This document shows, in pieces, positions 45,694-54,155 of a DNA stretch of 64,000 nt. The stretch's first letter is position 1; every line of letters begins with the position of its first letter. A program made the position numbers and the translations under genes. The notes below the pieces were generated by a model. That model had not been told where the DNA came from and searched no databases. It worked only from the letters and a program-made list of their open reading frames with translations. Origin of the DNA: an uncultured Chloroflexia bacterium (GTDB lineage Bacteria > Chloroflexota > Chloroflexia > QHBQ01 > JADMIH01); assembly GCA_963797095.1 (NCBI GenBank), contig CAWCNY010000006.1:864001-928000 (forward strand), in the 5' to 3' direction.

Positions 45694-46209
45694 TCAAGTA
45701 TCGCGTTTCAGATTGTGCGCCTCGAATTCGTCCATCATCGCCAGTACTCGTTGCAGGCGTTCAATTGCGATGTTCGCCACGCGCCTCACTCGCTCGAACT
45801 GGACAGGCTCAAGGGCATCAAGCCAGGTGGCGATATCTTTGTCGGTCATCTCGGCCCAGCGCGAATCGGTGCTGAGGCGAGTGCCTATTAGCTTGATGGC
45901 GTCGCGCCTCCTGGTGCGTCTGGCTTCCAGCTTTGGTGTGAGGCCCGCCGGGGCGCTGCCTGTCCCGGCCTCTTCAACCTCTATGGCACTTTCTATGGCC
46001 AGATCGAGGTCCTGATTTGCCTGGTCAGTGAGAGCTATTTCGGCAAGCACTCGTTCTATATCGGATGTGCGAAAGACGCTGGCCTGGCCCTTGCCGCTGA
46101 AAGGTTTGATCCGGCCCTCGTCCACCCACCGCAACAACTCGTTGCGGGTGATGCCCAGGCGCTCTGCCGCGGTTGGCACATCTATGAATTTGAAGCTATA
46201 TCCTGACAT
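45694..46209 (-). CDS. MerR/excisionase-like HTH domain protein
   Basis: N-terminal AAERLGITRNELLRWVDEGRIKP...FRTSDI; helical C-terminal domain not recognised. Confidence 0.7.
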   Translation of the reverse strand: MSGYSFKFIDVPTAAERLGITRNELLRWVDEGRIKPFSGKGQASVFRTSDIERVLAEIALTDQANQDLDLAIESAIEVEEAGTGSAPAGLTPKLEARRTRRRDAIKLIGTRLSTDSRWAEMTDKDIATWLDALEPVQFERVRRVANIAIERLQRVLAMMDEFEAHNLKRDT

Positions 46210-46343
46210 GGGAAGGAACGTGCAACGTGATACGTGGAAACGTGACGAGTGGCGATGGACGATAGAAAGCAAGTGACAATTGGCGACGGAGTAAACGGAG
46301 TAAGTAGTATGCAATAGTCACGTATCACGTTGCACGTAGCACG

Positions 46344-46958
46344 CTAATCTTCGGTTACCAGCACGAAGTGCTCTTTGGGTGCGCCACAGTCGGGGCACCT
46401 GTCGGGAAGTTGCTCGGCCCTGGTGAGCAGGTATCCGCAGTCGGTACAGCGCCAGACCAGTTGCATATTCTCGGCGCGTCCAGATACCACCTGCCCCGAT
46501 TGGACCCTTGCTATGTCCATTGCCAGGTGAGGGCGTGTGATTATGCCTACCACACGGCGTTCGTCATCCACGACCACGATGGGACGCCGCCCCATCAGGC
46601 CCTGGCTGTTGCCGTTAGAACCGCGTCCAGGATCGGTGCTGCCTGCGGCATTCTCCATCTCCCGAGATAGTTGCGGCACCTCGATGAGGGCAGTCTCCAC
46701 ATCGGCATCGACGTACACTGTTTCATAGGTCTTGTCCATGTATTCGGCGACCACGCTTTCCTGTGGGTTGTTGCCTGAGGCTGTGCAGCGCATAACGTCT
46801 TTGTCCATGATCACGCCCACCACATGCCTGTTCTTGTGGGAATCTACCACAGGAACCAGCGAAGTGTGCAAGTCGTCAATACAACGGGCGGCTCTCGCGA
46901 TAGTGTCGTCACGCGTCACAACGGGCGGGTTATCGATCATTACTTCGCTGACTTTCAT
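46344..46958 (-). CDS. CBS-pair protein with C-terminal rubredoxin-like domain
   Basis: MKVSEVM, VPVVD..VVGVI, IVVVD..VVGIITR; WRCTDCGY...PDRCPDCGAPKEHF. Confidence 0.8.
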   Translation of the reverse strand: MKVSEVMIDNPPVVTRDDTIARAARCIDDLHTSLVPVVDSHKNRHVVGVIMDKDVMRCTASGNNPQESVVAEYMDKTYETVYVDADVETALIEVPQLSREMENAAGSTDPGRGSNGNSQGLMGRRPIVVVDDERRVVGIITRPHLAMDIARVQSGQVVSGRAENMQLVWRCTDCGYLLTRAEQLPDRCPDCGAPKEHFVLVTED

Positions 46959-47127
46959 TCCTGGTCTCCTCTAGTCTCGCCCGATGGGTTGTGCGGGCGC
47001 ACACTCACTTAGTCTATGAGCAGAAACGGCGTTGAGAGAGCCGGATATGTCCGGCGTAATAGGGGCGTGTGGCGGCGCACGCTCAAGCGGATTATATCAC
47101 AGGGGTGTAGGGGCAACAAGATCGATG

Positions 47128-47808
47128 TCAAGTGCCGGGCGCTGCCCTGTCTCCCCTTATAGCGGACACCCGCAACAGGATGTCGTTGCCAAGCCCGGCA
47201 GAGCGTAATTCGTCGTCGCTGAAAGTGGCCAGAGCGGCCAGGGCGATCTCGGCAACTACTGCTTCGTCGCCCAACGCGTCGGCCAGGGCAGGTATGGCCT
47301 CGGTGATGTGTAATTTGCCGAGGTCATAAGCGGCGTTGGCTCTGGCATTGGGGTCGCTCCTTTCCTTGACCGCCCGCGACAGCAATACAGGCAGGTTGCG
47401 AGAAAGGCGAGCAGGGTCGGGGGCGGTGGCTTGCGCCCAGTCCCGGGTGTATTGTGTTAGTTTATCTTCGCCTAACGCCCACTGCAAGGCACGAATCTCC
47501 CCGGAGGTGAGTTCGCGTTCTTCGGGCGAGAGGTCTACAAGCGTTTCATTGTCGGCGAGCTTATCGCGGACAATATTCAATCTGCTCCTGGCTTCAGTCT
47601 CGATCTTGTCGCGGTCGGGTTCGACGCGCCCGAATTGTGCCAGCGTTTCCAGGGTGGCTATCTCGTCCTTAAGCAGGCTCACGGTCACATCCAGGCGCTC
47701 ACGTCTGTCATCCGATAGGTCCGGCCTGCGCAGTTGCCGGGTGTAGCCCTTGTAGCTCAGATTCAGGTGGTCAATGCGATTGCGTATTTCGCCCTGGCTC
47801 ATGATCAT
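47128..47808 (-). CDS. Hypothetical protein with C-terminal HEAT/PBS repeat
   Basis: DPNARANAAYDLGKL..AIPALADALGD. Confidence 0.6.
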   Translation of the reverse strand: MIMSQGEIRNRIDHLNLSYKGYTRQLRRPDLSDDRRERLDVTVSLLKDEIATLETLAQFGRVEPDRDKIETEARSRLNIVRDKLADNETLVDLSPEERELTSGEIRALQWALGEDKLTQYTRDWAQATAPDPARLSRNLPVLLSRAVKERSDPNARANAAYDLGKLHITEAIPALADALGDEAVVAEIALAALATFSDDELRSAGLGNDILLRVSAIRGDRAAPGT

Positions 47809-47879
47809 TGTGTTTGACTAACACCCCCATGTATTGCATAATTGGCTTTGTATCCCCTTTATACCACAGGAGTTCCGAT

Positions 47880-48095
47880 TTGACCGCACGCCGTACGCCA
47901 TCCGACGCCACCCGCAGTATTTTTTCGCTGGCCTGCATAGTGGTTGGCGCACTTCTTTTGCTACTTGTGCCGCTCTTGCTTATCGTTCAGGCGTTCCTGA
48001 GCGTGCAAGATGTAGAATTGCCCGGCACGCTGGTGATCCTGACAGTAGTGGGCGGCATGGGGCTGGTGGTGCTTGGCCTTGCCTTTCGCGCCTGA
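47880..48095 (+). CDS. Small two-TM membrane protein
   Basis: AGGAG RBS before TTG 47880; two hydrophobic helices. Confidence 0.5.
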   Translation: MTARRTPSDATRSIFSLACIVVGALLLLLVPLLLIVQAFLSVQDVELPGTLVILTVVGGMGLVVLGLAFRA

Positions 48096-48125
48096 TCGCG
48101 AACCCGCGTTTCCTGACCTCTCGCC

Positions 48126-48857
48126 TTGGAACAACTTGCTCCCAACCCAGCCACACCTCTAATTGTAGGTGGGCTTGTGCTCGTGCTGGTGATGGCGCTA
48201 CTGAGCGCGGTTGTGTGGGCCTGGGCTATGCGGAAGTCTCCGCCTGTGCCTGCAACAACCTCTGAAGAATCTCCGCCGGAAGAACCTCAACCGCTCCATT
48301 ACGTGGCGATTGGCAACACGAACATCAATACGCTTTTCGAGAGCAAGCAAGGCTCAAGTGGTGAAGGTTGGGCCGAGCGGCTGCACACATTATTGCCTGC
48401 CGGTACGCTATACTCTTCTCTGGGTGCTAATGACCGCACTTTGAACGAGGTGAACGCGAACGCCGTACCTGAGGCTGTGAAAGCAAAGCCGGACATTGTG
48501 ACACTGTGGCAGGTGGTTGGTGACTCGACGAGCGGCACGTCTCTTTCGGCTTATGTGAGCGAGCTAAAGAAGGCGCTTGAGCGTCTTACACGTGAGACGG
48601 AGGCCCAGGTTGTGTTGCTCAATCTGCCGGATGTTACATTGCTGATGGATGACCAGGGTGAGGAGCGCCGGGCAATGATAAGGGGAGGGATCGAGCAGTG
48701 GAACCGGGTGATCGCTGAGGCAGCCTCTCGCTATGGCCGCCGAGTGCTCTTGATCGACCTCTATCCAATCAGCGCTCAAATCCTTGTTCTGTCTAGTGGT
48801 AATGGTAAACTGGCGGATGCGGCCTGGCAGGAGTTGGAAGGTGCGGTGCAGTTATGA
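48126..48857 (+). CDS. Membrane-anchored SGNH/GDSL-fold protein with degenerate active site
   Basis: YVAIGNT (block I), KPDIVTLW..GD, VVLLNLPD, WNRVI; no GDS and no DxxH. Confidence 0.6.
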   Translation: MEQLAPNPATPLIVGGLVLVLVMALLSAVVWAWAMRKSPPVPATTSEESPPEEPQPLHYVAIGNTNINTLFESKQGSSGEGWAERLHTLLPAGTLYSSLGANDRTLNEVNANAVPEAVKAKPDIVTLWQVVGDSTSGTSLSAYVSELKKALERLTRETEAQVVLLNLPDVTLLMDDQGEERRAMIRGGIEQWNRVIAEAASRYGRRVLLIDLYPISAQILVLSSGNGKLADAAWQELEGAVQL

Positions 48858-48914
48858 CGAAAGACGAAGGACGCTTGCCGCGTATCTTGCGATTAGCTCA
48901 GTTGGGTACATCAT

Positions 48915-49739
48915 ATGTCTAGTGCTCATGAGTTTCTGGAAGCCAGCTATCGAGACCTCAGGTTGGCGCACTATTACGACCTGGAATACAGGGGTTACAC
49001 AGACGACCTGCATTTTTACGTGCAGTACGCTACCGGGCTTGATCCGCTGAAGGCTGCCCCCATCCTGGAGCTTGGGTGTGGTACGGGCAGGGTGGCGTTT
49101 GCACTGGCCTCTGCGGGTTTTCGCGTGGTGGGGCTTGACGTGTCGGACGGGATGCTGGAGGTGTGCAAGCAGCGAGCCACGACGCGAGGATTGGCCGAGC
49201 GGTTTGAGCCTGTGAAGAGCGATATGCGCCATTTGGGAGGCTTGCCGTATGGGCAGCAGTATGGGCTGGCGTATTGTGCACTCAATACTTTTGCCTACCT
49301 GACGACCACCGACGACCAGATCGCCATGCTCAGCGTGCTACGGGGGTTGATGCTGGCGAGGGGCACGCTTATTCTCGACGTTACGCCTCCGTGGCCCCAT
49401 CTGCTGCCGCCAGGGGAGGGCGAGGTGGTCCACCAGGGTACATATTCCGACAACGATGGTGCGGTCGTCCATAAGTTCGTGACGGGCCATGCGGAGCCGT
49501 CCACGCAGACGCACCATGTAACGCTCCTTTATGACCGCGAAGCCCAGGATGGCACTCTTACTCGCACCAGCCACAATATCGTATTCAGGTGGACCGGACG
49601 GTATGAGATGGAGTTGCTCCTTAAGGGTACCGGGTGGTCTTTGCTAGAGGTATACGGCGGCTATGACCTTGAGGAGTTCGGTGACGAGAGCGCGCGGATG
49701 ATATTTGTGGCGAAGGCGCCGGTGGGGTCGGGTTCCTAG
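48915..49739 (+). CDS. Class I SAM-dependent methyltransferase
   Basis: DDLHFY, ILELGCGTGRV, GLDVSDGML, DMR. Confidence 0.85.
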   Translation: MSSAHEFLEASYRDLRLAHYYDLEYRGYTDDLHFYVQYATGLDPLKAAPILELGCGTGRVAFALASAGFRVVGLDVSDGMLEVCKQRATTRGLAERFEPVKSDMRHLGGLPYGQQYGLAYCALNTFAYLTTTDDQIAMLSVLRGLMLARGTLILDVTPPWPHLLPPGEGEVVHQGTYSDNDGAVVHKFVTGHAEPSTQTHHVTLLYDREAQDGTLTRTSHNIVFRWTGRYEMELLLKGTGWSLLEVYGGYDLEEFGDESARMIFVAKAPVGSGS

Positions 49740-49773
49740 TTCCAAGTTCCTGGTTTGTGGCCCTGGCTGATCG

Positions 49774-50844
49774 CTAACCTATGCCTAGCAGGGTTATTAG
49801 GGTGATGGCGGCCAGCAGAAGTGCTATCAGGGAGCCTGTTACTGCCAGAGCTACGGGCCTGCCCACCTTACCTACCGCACGTATGTCAACGCCGAGGCCG
49901 AGGGCTGCCATTGCTGCTATGGTGAGCCACCGGGAAGCCTCGCGCATTGGGTCGGCGATTTCGACCGGGAGAAGGCTGAGGGAGCGAAGGATCGCCAGCA
50001 GTATGAAGCCTATTATGAACCAGGGCACCAGCTTGTTTACTGAGCCTATCGATAGCTTGCCTGCCGCTTCGCCCTGTTGAGAACGGGTGCGCAGGGCGAA
50101 GAAGAGGACCACCGGGCCGAGCATTAGCACGCGCACAAGCTTGACGAGGGTGCCTATCTGGCCGCTCAGGGTGCTGACCGGGAAGGTGGCCGCGAGAACC
50201 TGCGGCACCGCGTAGACCGTCATGCCTGCGAGGACGCCGTACCGGTAGAGCGTGAAGTGGAGCAAAGGGATAAGGAGCGGCAGGCAGAGCACCAGCACCA
50301 CGCCGATCACAGCGGTGAGGGCAATTGATGATGCTATGTCTTCGGCGGTCGCGCCTATAACAGGGGCTACGGCGGCTATGGCGGAGTTTCCGCAGATGGA
50401 GTTGCCACAGGCCACCAGGGTTGCCAGCCTGGAGTTGAGGCCGAGCATGCGGCCTATGGTGCTGCTGACGAGCAATCCGATCATGACTACGAGCACGATC
50501 GACGCTATCAGGGCTGGACCTGCCTGCAAAAGCACCGGGAGGCTGACGGACGCGCCGAGGAGCACAATTGCCAGCTCTAGTACCTCCCTGGCCGTTAGCG
50601 CGATACCTGGCGTCCACCGGGCGGTGGGCTTCCAGAGAGTGCGCACAAGCATACCGAGGAGGATAGCCACCACCAGGGCTTCTATCACAGCCTGTCCGAT
50701 TGTCTGCTCTTCGAGCAGTTGGACGCCGAAGCCTGCCAGACCTAGGAAGGCAGATAGGGCAAGGCCTGGACCGTACCGGGTTATGGCTGCGATGGCGGGG
50801 CTGTTTGTCTTACTTCCGTTGCCTGATGTGTTGAGGGCGATCAC
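49774..50844 (-). CDS. YeiH/putative sulfate exporter family membrane protein
   Basis: ACGNSICGNSAIAA, TVYAVPQVLAA, KLVRVLML, VPWFI. Confidence 0.88.
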   Translation of the reverse strand: MIALNTSGNGSKTNSPAIAAITRYGPGLALSAFLGLAGFGVQLLEEQTIGQAVIEALVVAILLGMLVRTLWKPTARWTPGIALTAREVLELAIVLLGASVSLPVLLQAGPALIASIVLVVMIGLLVSSTIGRMLGLNSRLATLVACGNSICGNSAIAAVAPVIGATAEDIASSIALTAVIGVVLVLCLPLLIPLLHFTLYRYGVLAGMTVYAVPQVLAATFPVSTLSGQIGTLVKLVRVLMLGPVVLFFALRTRSQQGEAAGKLSIGSVNKLVPWFIIGFILLAILRSLSLLPVEIADPMREASRWLTIAAMAALGLGVDIRAVGKVGRPVALAVTGSLIALLLAAITLITLLGIG

Positions 50845-51528
50845 TCAGGCTCCTTGTTGCGCCTGGTGTTGGCGCACCAGGGTTTCGAGGGTGTCAAGTG
50901 AGACATCTTCGAGGCTATTGACTATCAAGTCGGCCCCGGCTTCCTGAAGGGTTTCGCGGGTCTGGGTGTTGGTGACGGCCAGGCAGGCAGCGCCTGCCCG
51001 TTTGGCGGCCAGCACCCCGGCGGGCGCGTCTTCTATCACCACACCATCGCGTGGGTCTACGCCCAGGCGCTCGAATGCTATCAGGAATACGCGAGGGTCG
51101 GGTTTGCCAACCGTTACGTCGTCGCCTGAGGAGATGGCGTCCATGAGGCCGGTTAGCCCTGTCGCCAGCAGCAAGACGCGCAGATTTTCCATAGGGGCGG
51201 ACGAGCCAATGGCCTGCTTCCAGCCCGCGCTTTTGAGGGCCTTGACCAGGGCAATGACGCCGGGTAGAGGGCGTAAGTTTATTGCCTCGCGCCTGAAGGA
51301 GCCTTCTTTGCTGTCGGCCATTCGCTGGACGGTATTGGGGTCTGTTATGCCCCAGAGGCCGCTTATGATGTCGTTGTTGTGGCGGCCAAACATGGCTTTG
51401 AAGTCTTTGTCGGGGTCGTAGGGCAGGCCGAATTCGCGGGCCATATCGACCCAGGAGGCATTGTGCGCCTCGGCACTGTTTACGATCACGCCGTCCATGT
51501 CCCACACTACAGCTCTATTTTGAGTCAT
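50845..51528 (-). CDS. HAD-superfamily phosphatase (beta-PGM/CbbY-like)
   Basis: WDMDGVIVNS, GSS, GKPDP, IEDAPAG. Confidence 0.88.
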   Translation of the reverse strand: MTQNRAVVWDMDGVIVNSAEAHNASWVDMAREFGLPYDPDKDFKAMFGRHNNDIISGLWGITDPNTVQRMADSKEGSFRREAINLRPLPGVIALVKALKSAGWKQAIGSSAPMENLRVLLLATGLTGLMDAISSGDDVTVGKPDPRVFLIAFERLGVDPRDGVVIEDAPAGVLAAKRAGAACLAVTNTQTRETLQEAGADLIVNSLEDVSLDTLETLVRQHQAQQGA

Positions 51529-51581
51529 TGTTTATTGTCTTCCTTGTGCTTATTGGTTATGGGGCGTGTTTGTGGCCCGCT

Positions 51582-51607
51582 AGGGCGAGGCATGCCTCGC
51601 CCCTACA
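51582..51607 (-). repeat. GTAG-type REP palindrome
   Basis: Minus strand GTAGGGGCGAGGCATGCCTCGCCCT. Confidence 0.65.
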
Positions 51608-51628
51608 GAGGTTTGCTTTATATCCTGC

Positions 51629-53569
51629 TCATTTATGGTTGTATAGCTGCCTGCCGAGCAAGCCCAGCAGCACATCGTAGGGCGGTTGGTTTTCAGGGTG
51701 GTACTCGAAGCGGGCGCGCTCGAACCACTGCACTATGTAGGTTTTGCCGTCGGCGGCCTGCTCCTCGTACTGATCGGAGATGGGGAGGCCGACCACGGGG
51801 ATGCCTAGCTCGCGCCAACGGTCGAGGAACTTGCCCCAGACGCAGTGGCCCGTTTCTTTGGAGCAGACGCTTTCGAGGCCCGCTGGGGGCGCGACCTGCG
51901 GGAACTGCCTGCCCGCTACCGATTGAGTGCCAAGAAGGCCCAGCAGCACTTCGGCGTCGGTGCCCGCGTATTCGGGGTGGTACTCGAAGCGGGCGCGCTC
52001 GAACCACTGCACTATGTAGGTCTTGCCGTCGGTGGGGCTTGTCTCAAGCAGTTCGGGGCTGATGGCGTAGCCGAAGAGGGGGAGGCCGCCTTTGCTCTGC
52101 CAGAAATCCAGGAAGCGGGCCGAGGGTTTGAAACCGGTTGGAGAATTGCCATCGGCGGCAGGGTCAAGCTCCTGGCTGGCGCGCCCGTCGGGCTGCTTGA
52201 TCTCGTCGATGAAGACCGGGTCTTCGCTGATGGTGATGCGCACCTTGCCGTCCACTATGTCGGGCTTCTGGTGGCTGCCATCTTTTCGGACAATGTCTAT
52301 GTTGGCGCTGGCGACCGGCACATCAACCGTTTCGGGGTCGCCTATCTTCCAGAGGACATCGACCGTGGTGCCGCCCCTGGTGAACTCGTAGTGGTAGCGG
52401 TCGTATTGCTCCTGCCACCTGTTGGGGACGGAGCGGGTGAGGGGGCCCAGCCCCGCGAAAGTCGCGCCAGCAAGCTGGCCCGTAAGGACCCTGTAGGCCA
52501 CGAAAGCGGGCTTTTCGCTGAGGTCGTTGCGGAGGATGCCCATGTTACCCCATAGATCGTCAGGCCCGGCGTTGAATTTGTCCTTCATCTGGAAGTAGGA
52601 GAAGTGGGTGACGTTCTTCGCGCCCATGGCGATCACATAGAGCCTGATCAAGCGCCTTGCTTGCTCGTCCTCGCTTACTCCGAGGCTGCCGCAGTCGCAT
52701 GTGGAGTAGCCGTCCTCGGTGATCCATATCTCTTTGCCGGCAGCGCCGTGGGCCTCAAGCCATTTGTAAGACATATCGAGGCGGTAGGGGAAATTCTGGA
52801 CTACAGTGTTGGGGTCGGTGCTTTCGGGTGGCCTGTCGGGCATGTAGGGGTGGATGGAGAGGACATCGAAGGGCAGCCTACCGTCGAGGTGGGAGACCAC
52901 CGCATCGAGGAAGGCCATCCCGCCGTTATTGTAGTCGTGGATGGAGAGGCCGCCGATCAGGACGGTGGCGTTGGGGTCGGCGCGCTTTATGGCGTTGTAG
53001 CCGGCATCGAGCATCTGGGCGTAGCGTTCGGCGCGGTCGCAATCGCACTTGAAGGTGATCTCGACATCAGGCTCGTTCCATAGCTCCCAGGCTTCGACTT
53101 TGCCAGCGTAGTGGAGAGCCATCTGGTAGGCGAAGTCGGCGTAATCCTGGGGGTTGTTGGGGGCGTGCCAGTACCAGTCGGCGTCCGAGCGGTTGGCCCC
53201 GGAAGCCCAGGCGGGTGTGGTTTCGAGCACGCCGATGACCTTGATGTTGCGCCTGGCTAGCTCGTTGATCCAGTAGTCGTACGCATCCCAGTTGTAGTTG
53301 CCCTTGGAAAGCTCGATGTTTGCCCACGAAAGCTCCTCGCGTGAAACGGCGACGCCCAGGTATTGGGCCGAGTTGAGTAGGGAGAGCTTTTCTCCTTTGG
53401 GCCGCTCAAGGGCGCTGATGTAGAGGTTCATGCCGAAGAAGGAGATGCCGGACAACGGCCATGCCCCGGCCACCTGCTGGGTGCTTGAGATGTTATAGAT
53501 TGGTGTGATCGATAACAGGCAGGCCAACGTTACCAGGCAGGCCGTTGCCTTCTGTAAGCTGCGCTTCAT
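51629..53569 (-). CDS. Secreted clan GH-A glycoside hydrolase with two C-terminal surface-associated repeats
   Basis: Signal peptide; WELWNEPD and IWITEDG catalytic Glu motifs; SIHPY; two VQWFERARFEYHPE..VLLGLLG repeats. Confidence 0.8.
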   Translation of the reverse strand: MKRSLQKATACLVTLACLLSITPIYNISSTQQVAGAWPLSGISFFGMNLYISALERPKGEKLSLLNSAQYLGVAVSREELSWANIELSKGNYNWDAYDYWINELARRNIKVIGVLETTPAWASGANRSDADWYWHAPNNPQDYADFAYQMALHYAGKVEAWELWNEPDVEITFKCDCDRAERYAQMLDAGYNAIKRADPNATVLIGGLSIHDYNNGGMAFLDAVVSHLDGRLPFDVLSIHPYMPDRPPESTDPNTVVQNFPYRLDMSYKWLEAHGAAGKEIWITEDGYSTCDCGSLGVSEDEQARRLIRLYVIAMGAKNVTHFSYFQMKDKFNAGPDDLWGNMGILRNDLSEKPAFVAYRVLTGQLAGATFAGLGPLTRSVPNRWQEQYDRYHYEFTRGGTTVDVLWKIGDPETVDVPVASANIDIVRKDGSHQKPDIVDGKVRITISEDPVFIDEIKQPDGRASQELDPAADGNSPTGFKPSARFLDFWQSKGGLPLFGYAISPELLETSPTDGKTYIVQWFERARFEYHPEYAGTDAEVLLGLLGTQSVAGRQFPQVAPPAGLESVCSKETGHCVWGKFLDRWRELGIPVVGLPISDQYEEQAADGKTYIVQWFERARFEYHPENQPPYDVLLGLLGRQLYNHK

Positions 53570-53675
53570 CGGTAGATTTTTCTTTCCAGGGGAACCCACC
53601 CGCTCAATATGGAGTCAAGAGAGTATACCCAGCGTTTGGAATTGGAGTCAAAGTGACCGTCGGTCTATAGTTGCC

Positions 53676-53732
53676 CTCACATACTAAATGGCATTGGGGG
53701 GACAAAACTGGACAGGTTTTGGGGTGTACTTT
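53676..53732 (-). promoter_or_regulatory. Conserved 57-bp upstream motif, copy 3
   Basis: 53/57 identical to 3386-3442 in the opposite orientation. Confidence 0.7.
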
Positions 53733-53772
53733 CGGGTGGTTTTTATGGTTTGAAGTCTACGTCGGAAGACGG

Positions 53773-53801
53773 TTGACAGGTTGGGCGTTGAGTGCTACAT
53801 T
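53773..53801 (+). promoter_or_regulatory. Sigma70-type promoter
   Basis: TTGACA - 17 bp - TACATT with an extended TG. Confidence 0.6.
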
Positions 53802-53849
53802 AATTGCACGGCGACCCTGGCCGAATCTGAAGAAAGGGGGCATTGGCAC

Positions 53850-53945
53850 GTGGGCGATAAAAGTCCAAAAAACCAGGACAAAAAGCGCGCGCAGAAGACC
53901 AAACAGGTTGCCAAGGAGAAGAAAACAACTACTACCGCTAAATAA
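53850..53945 (+). CDS. 31-aa Lys-rich small protein MGDKSPKNQDKKRAQKTKQVAKEKKTTTTAK
   Basis: AAAGGGGG RBS, GTG start, upstream promoter and downstream hairpin; below the ORF-track length cut-off. Confidence 0.6.
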   Translation: MGDKSPKNQDKKRAQKTKQVAKEKKTTTTAK

Positions 53946-53974
53946 CTTATGCTTATCTGCACGCACAAGTTCCG

Positions 53975-54037
53975 GAGACCGGACGGCCTCTGCTCCTGTG
54001 ACATTTAGCTCAGGGGCGGTGCCGTCCGTCTCGTTTT
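53975..54037 (+). terminator. Long imperfect hairpin with T tract
   Basis: CGGACGGC/GCCGTCCG and TGCTCCTG/CAGGGGCG stems followed by GTTTT. Confidence 0.55.
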
Positions 54038-54155
54038 ATTGTATGAGTGCTTTCCTTTACGTTTAGAATTAGATTGCACAACTGCTAACACGTATCTAAA
54101 ATTCTGGCTGTTTCACATATGAGATATGGAGTGTGGACACTGATCAGCCGGACAC

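Noticed and set aside
53671-54066. 131-aa ORF in the track
   Set aside because: Runs through the 57-bp motif, promoter and hairpin; the 31-aa ORF in another frame has a proper RBS.
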